Below, one piece after another: positions 50,004 through 63,216 of a DNA stretch of 64,000 bases. The stretch covers positions 39,620,001 through 39,684,000 of the forward strand of contig NC_087245.1 in assembly GCF_037042905.1 (NCBI RefSeq), written 5' to 3'. A program made the translations under genes and the position numbers. The notes under the pieces were generated by a model. That model worked only from the letters and a program-made list of their open reading frames with translations, was not told where the DNA came from and did not search any database. Position 1 is the stretch's first letter. Each line of letters starts with the position of its first letter. This stretch comes from Lytechinus pictus. Lineage: Eukaryota.

Positions 50004-51811
50004 CAGGGGCGGATCCAGCCTTCGCCAATAGGGGGGGGGGGGGGCTGGAAATTTTTTCAGCCATATTTTCCCCGATCGGCCGCTCGAAGTTGATTTCGGT
50101 TGTTTCTTTGAATGGGTAGTCCTAATAGTCACTTCTTAGCTTTATTCTTGTCAATCAACATAAATAAATAATAATCCTTATTTAAATAGTGCAAGCGCGA
50201 AGCGCGAGCTAATTTTTTTTAATATGTATTTTGTCATAAAATTTGAATATTCTGATAAATATTGGTGATCCTGAACAAGATGTGTATGCAACTAAATAAT
50301 AACTTCGAGCGCGAAGCGCGAGCAGTAATTTTCAATATGCGTTTTGAACTGATCGAAAAGGTACATGTTAAAGGACTGCTTGCAGTTAGCCATGACGATA
50401 TTACATATTTTAAACAATCAAATAATGCGAGCGCGAAGCGCGAGCTGAAAATTTTTCAAATTTCTACCTAAAGAATGGAAATTCTAAGCACTTTTCGTAA
50501 TCGTGAACAGGATGGGTATATAACTAAACAATTGATGCGAGCGCGAAGCGCGAGCGGAAAAATTCGAGATTTAGACCTAAAAACGTGACACTGAATTCCT
50601 CTATTCATGTTTTGTAAATCCTGAAAAGGATTAGTAATTGGAGATCTTTCTACATTAATAATGCGAGCGCAGAGCGAGAGCAGAAATTTTTGATTTTGTA
50701 ATCTGAAACTGGATAATGTTTTTAATATAGAACAAACTGCGTATCTGAATAAACATGCGCGCGTGTTTCAGATTGAGACCTAGAATCTGGGCATTCTAAA
50801 TACATGTTTCATCATAAAAATCAATAAAGCGAGCGCGAAGCGCGAGCTTAAGATATTTGATAGTCCAATCTAGAAATGGGACAATTTAAGCTCTATACTT
50901 CAAGCATTTTGTAGGAAATTTGTGAGGTGGATATGGATCGCACTCAATAAAGAGCTGGTATTTTTCATTATTATTACTTTGAGTTTTGACATAGGACTGG
51001 GACATTCTAAGGACATTATGTCATCATATCAAAATGATGACTATCTTCCTATTCCTCTTCCTAAGCGCGACTCGGAGATAAAACTTTTCGATATTCCATT
51101 CTGAAAAAGGGACAATCTATTAAATTAATATCTTATTTATTGATCTAATAAGCCAAATGAGAGCGCGAAATCTGGTAATATTATGACCTGAAAACTGGTT
51201 AATTCAAGCACTTTTGTAATAATGAAAAGGATGCATTAGTTAATATATTTTAACAATCAATGCGAGCGCAAATCGCGAGCCGAAAGTTTTGATAACTGTC
51301 ACGAATTAATTATACATAGCGAGCGTGTAGTGATACGTTTTGACAATCAGACCTGAATAGGGATATTTTGAGAACTTTATGGAATACATGCAAATAATAG
51401 GTACCTGACAAATCAAAAATTTTGATATTCAGACCATAAAACTGACATTTTTACAGAGCACTCTTAAAATATCAATTTGTACATCAAACAAAATAATGAA
51501 AGTTCGATTTCCGAGCTGAAATATGTTTTGTATATTGATGTCCAAACTTGATATTTTAAGCTCCATATTGAGCAAGATATATATGTAAATCACCTATCAA
51601 GGAATGCGAGCGCGAAGCGCGAGCGGAAATAGTGACATGAAAGATTGTTTTTATTTTCCAAGTTTTCCCTCATCTTATTTTATTCACTCGTCTTCCTCCT
51701 CTTCTTTTTTCTCCTCCTTTCCCCTCCCTTTTCCCCTTTGTTCTCCCCCTTTTTTTGCTCCGCCAATAGGGGGGGGGGGGCGGGCCCCTCGCCCCCCTGA
51801 ATCCGCCTATG
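50004..51811. mobile_element. Non-autonomous hAT-like element with periodic GCGAGCGCGAAGCGCGAGC motifs
   Basis: CAGGGGCGGATCCAG ... CTGAATCCGCCTATG, apparent 5-bp TSD CTCTC. Splits the LINE RT just after DFEKAFD. Confidence 0.85.
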
Positions 51812-52859
51812 CTCTCAAACTTTTATTCAAAACTTTAGAACATTTCGGGTTTGGGAAAAATCTGTGATCTTGGGTCAAAACTCTTTATAATAATGTTAGT
51901 AGTATGTTAAACGGGGACATTCCACGGGATATTTTGAAGTTAATAGAGGAGTAAGGTAGGGGGGTCCACTCTCTCCATATTTATTTATCATAGCGATTGA
52001 ATTATTAGCTCATTATATTAGGAGAGATGATAATATTAAAGGGATAGGATTTGGGAAACGGGAATTAGAACAAGTTCTATATGCAGATGACATTATACAT
52101 TGTTTTTAAAAGCTATGGACTCGATCCATAGAGTAAAGAAAATATTCTCAGACTTTTAAAATTTAAGTGGATTGAAGGTTAATATGGATAAAACAAACTT
52201 TTTATGGTTGGGAGAATAAAGAGATAGACCTGGTTTACCGGTTCTTGGACATTGGTTACAACATATTAAAATCTTAGGGGTATATTTTGCAGGGGATTGT
52301 AAAGTCAAAGATGACTTGAACTCTGTATAAGGAAATTTTGAGCAAAATTAAAAGACTTATTGGTTGGTGGAGGCAAAGAGATCTTACGATGTATGGTAAA
52401 ATATAAAACTTTTGAAAATGCATGCATTTTCAAAATTAAATTATGTTTCTTCCCTGATGACAGTCACAAATACGTTTTAAAGAAATAAAACAAAATAATA
52501 TCAATTTTATTTGGGGAGAAAGAGATAGAATAAAACGCAAGGTTCTATATCAAGATTATTCTGTTTGGGAGGACCGAGAGCTCAAAACTCTGAGGTCTTT
52601 GTTAACATGGTTAAGACACAACGAATAATGTGGATTAAACGTTTACTAGACGGAGGGAAAAGTTCGGGTTGGAAAGCAACCTTCGAATATTTTTTTGTTC
52701 TTTGCGGGGTGGTCGAATCATAATTTCTTTCTGTGTAATTATGATACGAGTAAAATGAATTTGAAAGGTATACCATTATTTTACATAGATATGCTGAAGG
52801 CATGGCACGAATTGGATAAAATAATGTAAACATTTTGGAGGGAAAAGTAATCCCATCAG

Positions 52860-53038
52860 GTGGGTGTTTCATAAAGCTGTTCGTAAGTTAAGAGCGACTT
52901 TAAGAACGACTGGTGATCCTTTCTTACGCGCTAGATAATCACCAACATGTCATGGTGACCATCATCTACCACAAGAAAGGATCACCAGTCGTTCTTAAAG
53001 TCGCTCTTAACTTACGAACAGCTTTATGAAACGGGCCC
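52860..53038. mobile_element. Harbinger-like MITE family A inserted in the LINE
   Basis: CAG/CAG TSD and ~60-bp TIRs. Confidence 0.9.
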
Positions 53039-53803
53039 CAGTTATTTTTTAATAACAAGCGTATATGCCTCAATAATAAGACCTTTTTTGATATTGAATA
53101 TTTCAGAAAGGTATAGTTAAGGTCTCAGATATAATAGTTGGAGGTCAATTTAGACCAGTTTCACACTGGTATGATGTGAAATTTTCATCTGAAAACTTGC
53201 TCAGAATTCAAAAGATATTTTCAGTAATAACAAAAGAGTGGATACAACAAGGTGATTTTATGGAAATGGATACAGACAACTTTGTCTCTCGCTCTTTTGT
53301 ATTCTTTATAATTTCTCTATCTCTCTCTTCATTTCTCTCTGATTTCCCACTGTCTCTGACATTCATTTTCCCCACTGTCTCTCTCATTTTCCCCAATCTC
53401 TGTCTCTCTCATTCATTTTCCGACTAGCTGTCTGTCTCTCTCTCATTAATTTTCCCCGTGTGCACTAGCGTACCCACGGGGGGGGGGGGGGGCAGAGGGG
53501 GCAGATTGCCCCCCCTGACGAGTCACAACACATGCAAGGGACATATCCCTGCCCCCCCCCCCTGACGAGTCTTGAAGACTTGTTTTTTTTTTTTTTTTTT
53601 TTGCTTGTCAAATTTTTTTCTGGTACGAAATCCTTTATTTGTGGTTGAAAACCTTTTTTTTTTCTTGCTTGTCAAATTTTTTTCTGGTACGAAATCCTTT
53701 ATTTGTGGTGAAGACCTTTTTTTTTCTCCCATTGTCTGTCTCTCATTTTCCTCACTGTCTGCCTGACTCATTTTCCCACCACTGTTTCTGTCTCAGTCAT
53801 TTT

Positions 53804-55121
53804 CCCACTGGGCATTTTACCCGATATTACCCGGGTTGTAACAGGTAATAACGTATAGTTATTACCACGGTAACACCAGTGGGTAGTAACGGGGAAATAG
53901 TAGACCAATCTTTCCCCGTTATTACCCGGACCCGATATTACTCCATTTACCCAATATTACCCAGTATGATGTAACCGATATTTCCAGTTATTTTCATGAT
54001 ATTACTGCCCGATATTACTCCATTTACCCAATATTTCTCAGTATGATGTAACTACTATTTCCAGCATTTTAATGATATCACCACCTCATATTACTCTGTT
54101 TACCCAATATTACCCAATTAATGTCGGCTCATTAAAAAAACAATTAGTGTCATTAGGGTAATTGAAGCACATTTTTACAACTCCATACTCTAAGCCATAT
54201 CATCTTATCCTATCCTAAAATCCTACATCCTAATCCTAATCCTATCCTACACCTATCCACCAAACCCTGTCATTTACTTCTATATATTGAGCGAGTTTAC
54301 AACACTTGACAAATTATGGTTAACAATTATTCAACCCTAAAACATTTTTCTAAAATTAATGTCATGATTATGACTAATATGATATATAAAATACACATTT
54401 TTCTGAAAATTTTCTGGGTGGAATAATTGCATAAACATAAACACATTAATTATTACAGCTATATTAGCTAAAATTTTGGCCATTTATTGTAGTAATGAAT
54501 ATTCATGAGTAACTAATATTCCCAGCATTTTCCTGATATTACCATCTGATATTACTCCATTTACCCAATATTAATGGGTTCCGCATGGGTTGGAGGTCTC
54601 GTTTCCATCTGAGTCCTATCTGGGCACCATGTGGGTTCAAGTATATGTTTTCATCTGGGTTCCATGTGGGCCCATATGGGACCCAGATATCCCAGATAAG
54701 AACCGTATGTGATCCAGATACTTTGCTGTCTGGGAATGGAAGCGTTTCAACATTACCCATTACCCCTTATCAACCTGTTTGTAACTGGGTAAAATGTTGG
54801 TTTCATCAGGGTGATAACAGTAATTTTGTGGACTTTGAAAATTTCGCTGGGATTGCTGTAAGATTGCTCTTATTACTAAAGTTTGCAATGTTATAACCAA
54901 TCAAAGTCATTCAACATTACCCTTATTACCCCTCATCACCCTGTTGTAACTAGGTAAATGTAGGTTTCATCAGGGTGATAACAGTAACAGGTATCAACAG
55001 GAATTATAATTTTGGTAATAACATGGTAATAACGGTAATATTTGGTGTTACTCAAATTTCCGGGTGATATTACCGGTAATAACCGGTAAAATTGGTAATC
55101 GGTAACAAATTGCCCAGTGGG
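53804..55121. mobile_element. CCC-terminus (EnSpm/CMC-like) non-autonomous element
   Basis: CCCACTGGGCA ... TGCCCAGTGGG, TT flanks, and ATTACCC/GGTAAT subterminal repeats. Confidence 0.75.
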
Positions 55122-55494
55122 TTATCACCCCCCCCCCCCTTTCTCTCACTCTCACTTCTTCTCGACATCCCGCTGTACTTATGTATGATTGAGCAACCTT
55201 TAATTCAAATAGTACAAACAACCGCAGTCTAAAACATGTACATTGTAAGGTACATGTGCAATACATATTTATTTCTGACCCAATACATGTAATGATAACA
55301 TTTCTATATCACAATAATTGCCTCTTGACTGAATGACTGAATACACCGTGTTCTAATACATTTGTCTATTTTATAGTTAGATTTGGATTTCACTCTGTAA
55401 TGATTATTGAAGTTCTTCCTCCAGTTCAACCCTAGATGCTTAACCTAATTGAACCTATCTATTGAAAGAGAAGTCTGTTATGAGTGTTTAAATA

Positions 55495-56667
55495 GATTCA
55501 AATCCAATTAACCGTGAATTGCCAAAACTATCTATATGGTTTAAATGTAATAAGCTTTCACATAATATAGATAAAACAAACTGTATGTATTTCAAACAAA
55601 CAAATTCACATATTGCTGAATTTCCTTACAATATAATCATAAACAATACTCCTCTGAAAAGAAAAAAGGATACAAAATATTTAGGTGTTACAATACATGA
55701 AAATTTAAATTGGAACGAACACATACGTTGCATAAGTATATCGAGAAACGTCAGTGTACTTTACAAAATGAAAAACATTATTTCACAAACTACCCTTGTT
55801 ACACTATACAATTCATTAATTTTACCCTGTATATCGTACTGCAATATAGTTTGGGCAACCTGTGCAAAAACTAAAATTAATACAATATATCTATTACAGA
55901 AAAAGCTATTCGAATTTGTAATGATTCGCAGTATTTAGCACACACAAACCCATGGAGCGTTGTGGCCCAGTGGATTAGTCTTCGGACTTTGAAACAGAGG
56001 GTCGTGGGTTCGAATCCCAGCCATGGCGTAATTTCCTTCGGCAAGAAATTTATCCACATTGTGCTGCACTCGACCCAGGTGAGGTGAATGGGTACCCGGT
56101 AGGATTTATTCCTTGAATGCTTTAGCGCCTATATGGTCAGCTACAGCCGGGGTAATAATAATATACCAAGTATATTTTCAGCGCCTTATTGTCAGGATAT
56201 TTAAAATATTAAAGTTTTCTGTGTTTTCACTTAATCATTAAATCACTTTTCCTGTGATTTAATCATCACCAGATACTCTCCCATGACCATCTCCATCATG
56301 GCCTTCATTTTCACCATTATCACCATCATCATCATTCATCTTCATCATAATAAAATTATGAACAAAATAACATTTCCATTCTGCTTTATAAGTATTAATT
56401 TAATGAGTTTTATTTCGGGGTTGTCATTTTTTTCAAGCAATCTGCTTATAATGACAATCCTTTTCCTGCAAACTGTCAATGTTAAATTTTCTTTGTTGGT
56501 AGTAGATCATATTTGTTTAGAATGACTTTTTTATTCTGTATTTTTTTTTTATGATTCATACCAAAATCAATTACCGATATATTACGTTTGTTACGTAATG
56601 AAAATTGTATTGTATATGAATGTTATGAATGCAGAAGAAAAAATAAATCAAATCAATCAAATCAAAT
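55495..56667 (+). mobile_element. CR1/L2-group LINE 3' part, interrupted by a SINE
   Basis: WFKCNKLSHNIDKT...TKYLGVTIHENLNWNEHI...LYNSLILPCISYCNIVW, with tail AATAAATCAAATCAATCAAATC. Confidence 0.85.
55954..56165 (+). mobile_element. tRNA-derived SINE
   Basis: A box TGGCCCAGTGG, B box GGTTCGAATCC, a tRNA-like head (TTG loop), then a GACCCAGGTGAGGTGAATGGGTACC body and (TAA)n tail. Confidence 0.85.
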
Positions 56668-57366
56668 ATATTTCATCAATAAACTGCTTGGCTTTCAGAG
56701 TGAATACGGCAGGCAGTCTAGCTGTAAAAACAAGAATGTCACCCCTCCACCCACACACACCTTGATAAAGAAAAATGACTCCTATACCCCTTGTGCTGCC
56801 ACGGGTAATTGCTGCTAGTCTTTAATAAATTGTATTATATTCTTAATTAAGTATATTATTTTGAGTTCAAGAAAACAGGGAATATTGCCAACCCGACAGA
56901 AAGTGACACATTTGGTTAAAGAATATAGAGATACAGAATATCAAATAGCGTTTTAAAAGGGGAAGCTTGATGTGCACTTAACAAAATGGGAACAAATCAA
57001 TGCATACTATGGATATATTGGTTGCTTCATTTTTGTATCTGTTTTGTTTTGTTTATTTGTTTGAATCATGGACCTATTACAATAATAGGTCCATGTTCAA
57101 ATACATATAGTTGTACCAGAGCAGGATGTATAGTGTATGGGTGTACGTGTGTAAATGGATGTGTGTGTGAGTCTTGTAACGTGGGAAGGGGGGGGGGGGG
57201 TAGTTGTGGGTGGTGGTGAGTTTTGAAGTGAGCTTGTGTGAGTGTACATATTTATTTGTTTCGTATACCATGTACAAAATCTTGATTTATATGAATTGTG
57301 ATTGAATTTATTTATTTAAAAGAGGAAGAAAATAAAATATCATAAAAAAAAAGTACTCTGATTTAA

Positions 57367-57880
57367 AGGGTATACGTTCACCCTGAAGAAAATTTTGTTG
57401 TAAAAATACCCTGGGAAAAATAGCATAAAATATTTGTTAAGGTTTCAGGAATATCCGTTAAAGATTAAGAAAGTTACCAGAATTTTAAGTTTTGGATTTG
57501 TGTCGTCATAAACGAGCAGCTGCCCCATATATAGGTAATATGAAACATGATGAAATGCATGAATTTAATTTTTTTAATGGTTCCTGATAGTGACTTATTT
57601 TCGTTTTCTTTTCATGATCGGGTGTGAAATGATTTGTCTATTGATATACGAAAGGTGCAGTATTACAGTAATAACCATTTTCAATTGATTCCATTTATTT
57701 AGTTATTACTCTAATTCGCTGTGTAGGAATCCTGCCCGTATATTACATCACAAATCAAATGATTAAAAATCTAATAACGTAGTAATTCTTTGATGGATTT
57801 TTCTCAAATCTTCGGCAATATTTGTTATCATTTTTTTCTTCTAGTTTTACAATAAATTTTAGTCAGGGTGAACTTCCCCT
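57367..57880. mobile_element. Kolobok-like MITE (TTAA TSD)
   Basis: TTAA|AGGGTATACGTTCACCCTGA ... TCAGGGTGAACTTCCCCT|TTAA. Confidence 0.8.
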
Positions 57881-57959
57881 TTAATTTCCAAAGAGCAAAC
57901 GGCTGACGGAACACTTTTTATGAAATTCGAATTTCATGAAAAGTGTTCGGTCAGCATTC

Positions 57960-58323
57960 CTTAAAGCTAGAGAAAAGATATTCGCGTCTTGATGTGCGTA
58001 AGTTTTTCTTTGCTAACCGAGTGATAGATGTGTGGAACATGCAGTCTCCCAGAAGATGAAGTTACTGCCTGTTCAGTGATTGCATTTAAGAATAGACTGG
58101 ATAAGCATTGGGAGAAGATTGCCCATGATTTTGAGTGATTTTTTATTCTGGTGTGTTTTCATGGTATTTTTTGCTGTCTACGATACCCCTGCCACCCCTC
58201 CCTGCCAACATAGTAGCGCATCTAATTTTGTCTGAAGGAGAGCAGCAATAGACATTCTACTTTGATCGATGAACAGGCTTAGTCCTACAACATCGTTGGA
58301 GTAAACTAAACTAACTAAACTAA
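57960..58323 (+). mobile_element. CR1 LINE 3' end
   Basis: FFFANRVIDVWN..., FKNRLDKHW, with an (AAACT)n tail. Confidence 0.8.
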
Positions 58324-60512
58324 AATTCACCCAACTTTCACCATAAATATACAAATACCTACAATATACATGTATATAATTATAAAATACATGTAAGAAT
58401 TTTGCCGATATCGTTTTCCCTTTTTAACGATATCAGCTTCCAATCGGACCCCTCTTCGCAAGTGAAATATTTTGGTCACTTAAAAAAGGTATTGTATTAC
58501 CGAACGTGTGTTTTCTATGGGAAAAGTTGAGAAAAAACAAAATCACTGATGAGCTATTTTGACCATATTGTATTATTTTGAGAGAGAATTTGAAAATGTG
58601 TTTTTGACAATTTTTTCATCATGTTTCTATTCAAGTTCCCTTTGGATGGATGTTGCAAAGTTTTGAGAGCTGTTGTCTGTTGAATTACCGATCGGCCTTG
58701 TGTTACCGAACGCGCGCATCCTACGCATCAGAAAATATTTTTTTACTTGAAGGTGGTCACTGAAGTCTGGGTTTTCCCGGCGGTTAAACTCTGTGGAAGA
58801 GAATTCCACAGGTTAGGCCCTGCATGAGCAAAGGCCCGTTCCCCGCATCATTTCTTACCAACTGGAATTCATAGTTGAATGCTTTTTCAAACTTCCCTCA
58901 AATAATTTCTGTACCGTATATCCCCACGATAGTTAACCCTTTCCCTGCACCGTATATAAGCTCCAAAGCTCCAAAGGAAACAGCGCCACCTCCCGTCCAA
59001 CCTAACCCCAGTTTGAGGTACAGTCATAGAGATATATACTAATAACGCTACATCTCTATGGGTACAGTATACTGCTCAACTTTGGCAAAAAGGAAGCAAG
59101 TGACACATAAAGTCGAATTTAAATTATTGTTGTTTCTGAAACACCCTTTGTATGTTGCACGTTCAGGCAAAATTTTGGGAAGAAATTATTTTGTTCTATG
59201 ACAGGATATTGAAGAAAATATGCTTTTAAATTGCATTGACGCCTATGTAAATGACGAACACACATTGCTCATTTACAACAAATTATTTATAATTATATAA
59301 CACCAAGAAAACATTCGATTTACTATTCTTTCGTAGGGCTGTGCAAAAAAAAAAAAATCACGCAACTAAGAAATTAAACATATTCATCAACAGCAACAAC
59401 AAAATAACAATAACATAATACATAACATCACAAAGAATTTGAAGGAAAATATTTTTGATTCCATATTTTTTTATCAATTTTTTTTATATAAATATGATAA
59501 GAGCGTCTCAATACTTTCAATGAAATCCACCACCCACCCACCCCCATCTAACAAAGTTTTTGTTAGAAGAAAAAAAAGGAAATAACATTTCAGAGTTTAC
59601 AGTTCGATTTCGTGAAGGATATTATTCCAATCACATCAAATAGGTCCCTAAATATCCTCTCCCGATTTTGTTTTCTTGTTGTTGTTGATTGACTCCCCTT
59701 CGTCTATTGATTCTTTCTTTACCCTCAATCGCTATTTGCTAACAATAAAGAAACCTATACATTACCATGCTCTATTAATTTGAATGAGGAAGCATGCAGG
59801 CATTGCATGAAATCACAACGCAAGTCATTTATAATTATTAACGATTAATTTCGATGCACCCACATACATAGTAATTACTGTATTTTTCACATTATTAAAT
59901 AACACTTTTTTATTTGGGGGGGGGGGTAAAGCAAAGATTTAGAAAGTGGGAAAAATTAGGCCTATAGTTATAATATGTTTGATGTTAACATTCAGTTTGC
60001 AGTATATGCTTGAAGATCGAGAATTATGTGGGTGGCCTGCCATTGGAGATAACCTTCAAACACTGCAGTGGCGCCGCTCCAGACCCGGGCAACTAGAATT
60101 TGTAATGACCAAAGCTTCTTGGGATATTTTCTTATATTTTACTAACCGGGGACATCACAACCAGTGACGTCCCCGGTTCAGAAATTAAACTATAATAACC
60201 ATGCCAATCAATAACAAAATCATCATCTCATAAACCGTTTCATATAGTAAACGCATGATTATTTTGTAAAAAGATCCCGTTCGCAACTGAACCCAAGCTG
60301 TGTGTGTAGACAGTGTAGATAGGGTGCGTCCCCGGTTAGCCAACTGTGCACGCTATGCATGTCCGAAAAAGACCCCTGTTTAAATTCAAATTTTTAGCGT
60401 ATGAGCTAGGCCATATGTTTTGTGTATGAGATCACAAACACACGTCCCCAGTTTTACAAGTGAGTCCCCGAATGTCAAATTACATGACCGAGCTGGTGTG
60501 TATGGGTGAGGG

Positions 60513-60719
60513 CACTGGTGGATCCAGGGAGGGGCACATCTGGCCCGTGCCCCCCCCCCCCCCTTGAGAGACATCAAAAACAATTTTTATTGGAATATAA
60601 TTATATTCCCCTAAAAATGCATACGCAAGTGAGGTTTTTTTTTGCTTATCATTTTTTCCTGTATACAAAATGCCCCCCCCCCACCCTCCCCCTTTGGGAA
60701 AATCCTGGATCCGCCCCTG
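60513..60719. mobile_element. hAT-like MITE
   Basis: CACTGGTGGATCCAGG ... CCTGGATCCGCCCCTG. Confidence 0.65.
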
Positions 60720-62442
60720 AGTGACTAGGATGTATGCGTGATCTAATTTCAACAAATGCGTATCAATCAGATATTCATTTCTGTTTCTGTTTCCGTCTCG
60801 TACTGACCTTAAAAGTCGCCATCCGGAAGACATGTCCGGGGCTCGAACCTCGACCATCTGAATCAATTCGTTAATTCCTGAACGTAGCTTCATTGGTTTA
60901 TAGACAAACGCCACAACGTTCAGCGATTGTCTATTCTTCAGTTCGTGAAAAAAAGGAGAAAATTGGGAAAAGATGAAGAAAAGGGAGGAATTGAGACTTT
61001 AAAAGGAGGTCTGTGTTGCGTAAGGGCACCATAGTACAGCTGACGATTGGTCTACGATCCCATTTTTGAACACTTGAAATCGCATTTTGCTCTCTTTCTG
61101 AAAATGTGAATGAAAAGTATATCTTTTTCATTTGAGATTCAAACTACATGACTTGAAAGAATATTAATATAACAATTTTGGATGATGCAAGCCTTCAATT
61201 TGGAGTGAAGGCTATATTAGTTTCAGATCGTAGCCAATCATTATCCTTGACAATGACGTGTTATTACGACTAGATATTAAATTCGCTTTTATTCTCAGAA
61301 GGATGATAGCGTAGTCACATATGTATATTCGTATGATAATTTAGAACATTCAATATTAGCATCAAATTCTACTACGTTTTATTCCAAATTCGGGTCGCAT
61401 AGCAATCGTAAGGTGTGCGATGGCCTTACCTCTACACCCTAGAATTGTTATGAATTGAGAGAAAAAAATGACGTCCCCAATTAAAATGCCACCGCCCCCG
61501 CACCCCATGTTATTGGTAAGGGATTCTGAACGAATCATTGAACTACTGTATTACAAATTATGTAGTATGTAAGGAATGCATTCTTTGAGCATAATGCATT
61601 TAACATAATGGGATTAGTAAAGAAGTAACTGAACTGAGCTCATGGATAAATTCTTTCGTCAAACTATAACTTACATGATCATATACGCCTACGTTGCCTC
61701 CATCCATTTCTTTTCCTTTTCATTTCATGACTGAGAATTTCCAGTGGCGTAACAGGCGGGGGGCACCCCCCCCCCCCGGCGAGTTTCATCGGGAAAATAA
61801 AAAAACGGGAAAAGAGATAAGGGAGAAATGGAAAGGGAAAGAAAGAATGAAAGAAAAGGAGAAAGGGAAAGAGAAGGGAAAAAGTGAAAAGAAAGGGAAA
61901 GAAAGAACATAAATATAGGGAAAATGGAAGGAAAGTGGGAAAAGAAAGGAAAGAAGAACATGAATTCTGAGGAAGTACAAATATCCTGAAATACTGATAT
62001 ATTGGCATGATCAGCAAGAGAAATAAAACAAAAAGATATAAGTCAATGGCACGGGCAAGAATTGCGGCAAAATGGGAGAAAGAGGCAAAAAGAAACGGGA
62101 AATGAAAGTTAGAGCCAAAAGCTAAATTGGAAATCAGAATATGAAAAAAAAGGGACAAGAACGGCTGCCAAGGATTGAATAATATAAAGAACGGGTAGAA
62201 AGGTGGATGGCGGTCTATTATAAGTTTGCTTAATTTTATGCAATAATGGTCGCAATCAGGACAAAAAAATCCTTAGCCAAGGGTTATAGCCAAGGGATAG
62301 TTATACCCCCCCCCCCTCCTATATTATGTCCTAAGTTACCGAAGTAGAGCTTGCTGCTTCAAAATATTTCGTTTATTATCCGCAACTTTGTTGAACATCA
62401 TATCTGTTATACTAAATAGGTTCATTATTGCGGATTGAAATA

Positions 62443-62669
62443 ATAGCTAGAGGGTATTCATTTGTCTCGCAATCTACTATGGTCAACAAGGAAATTCGTG
62501 ATCACTCTCGCAAAAAGTGTTCACTGGCTTTCTAGGAAATTCGTGATCACTCTCGCAAAAAGTGATCACGAATTTCCTAGAAAGCCAGTGAACACTTTTT
62601 GCGAGAGTGATCACGAATTTCCTTGTGGACCATAGTAGATTGCGAGACAAATGAATACCCTCTAGCTAT
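62443..62669. repeat. Near-perfect 227-bp palindrome (young MITE)
   Basis: About 108-bp arms with one mismatch, and internal duplication of GGAAATTCGTGATCACTCTCGCAAAAAGTG. Confidence 0.9.
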
Positions 62670-62684
62670 CATATCTGTTGTCTA

Positions 62685-63216
62685 CAGTGCGTCCCCAAAA
62701 AACTATACACCTTTGAAATGGCTGTCATTGCATTGCTAAATGTTCGGTTGACCTTTATCCCATCAACGTACTTCACCTACTTAAGTCCTATCTTATCCCG
62801 ACTCTCATGAACACATTGCTGAGATCCACATGATAAAGTCAAAATGCTGCACTAAAAATTGCAATTCATGATCATTCATGCATTAAATTTCAATTTAATA
62901 ACTCGTGAAATTTTCTCAAACAACAAACTGATCACAATTAATCATTAATTCATCACAAAACCCTCAACTTTGCAAGTTAAAAAAAAAACTGAACTGCTGA
63001 AAGAAATTGGAAGGCTAATTCCGGCCCAGGCTAATTTTCATACCCTTTGTTTCAGTGGGCAGTGCTCGCTCAAGCATGAATAGTTTTCCAACTTTTTGGT
63101 GTCATTTGAAAGTATACTTTATTGGCTTTCCATATATATAAGTCTTTCCCCAAAAAGTGATATATTTCTTATTTGGCAGCCATTTCAAAAGTGTATAGTT
63201 TTTTTGGGACGCACTG
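62685..63216. mobile_element. Tc1/mariner-like MITE
   Basis: TA|CAGTGCGTCCC.AAAAAACTATACAC ... GTGTATAGTTTTTTTGGGACGCACTG|TA. Confidence 0.85.

Larger units (their letters stand above)
49020..53275 (+). mobile_element. L1/Tx1-clade LINE ORF2 remnant
   Basis: NKSPGNDGF, NYRPITLLNVDYKILSKVLA, DFEKAFD, RGVR.GGPLSPYLF, YADD, IKILGV. Many stops, and interrupted by two insertions. Confidence 0.9.

Noticed and set aside
55954..56025. tRNA-Gln(TTG)-like gene
   Set aside because: The acceptor stem does not pair and the sequence continues into a SINE body and (TAA)n tail, so it is a SINE head.
61679..62158. 159-aa hydrophobic ORF
   Set aside because: A by-product of a purine/pyrimidine low-complexity tract inside a hAT-like element end.
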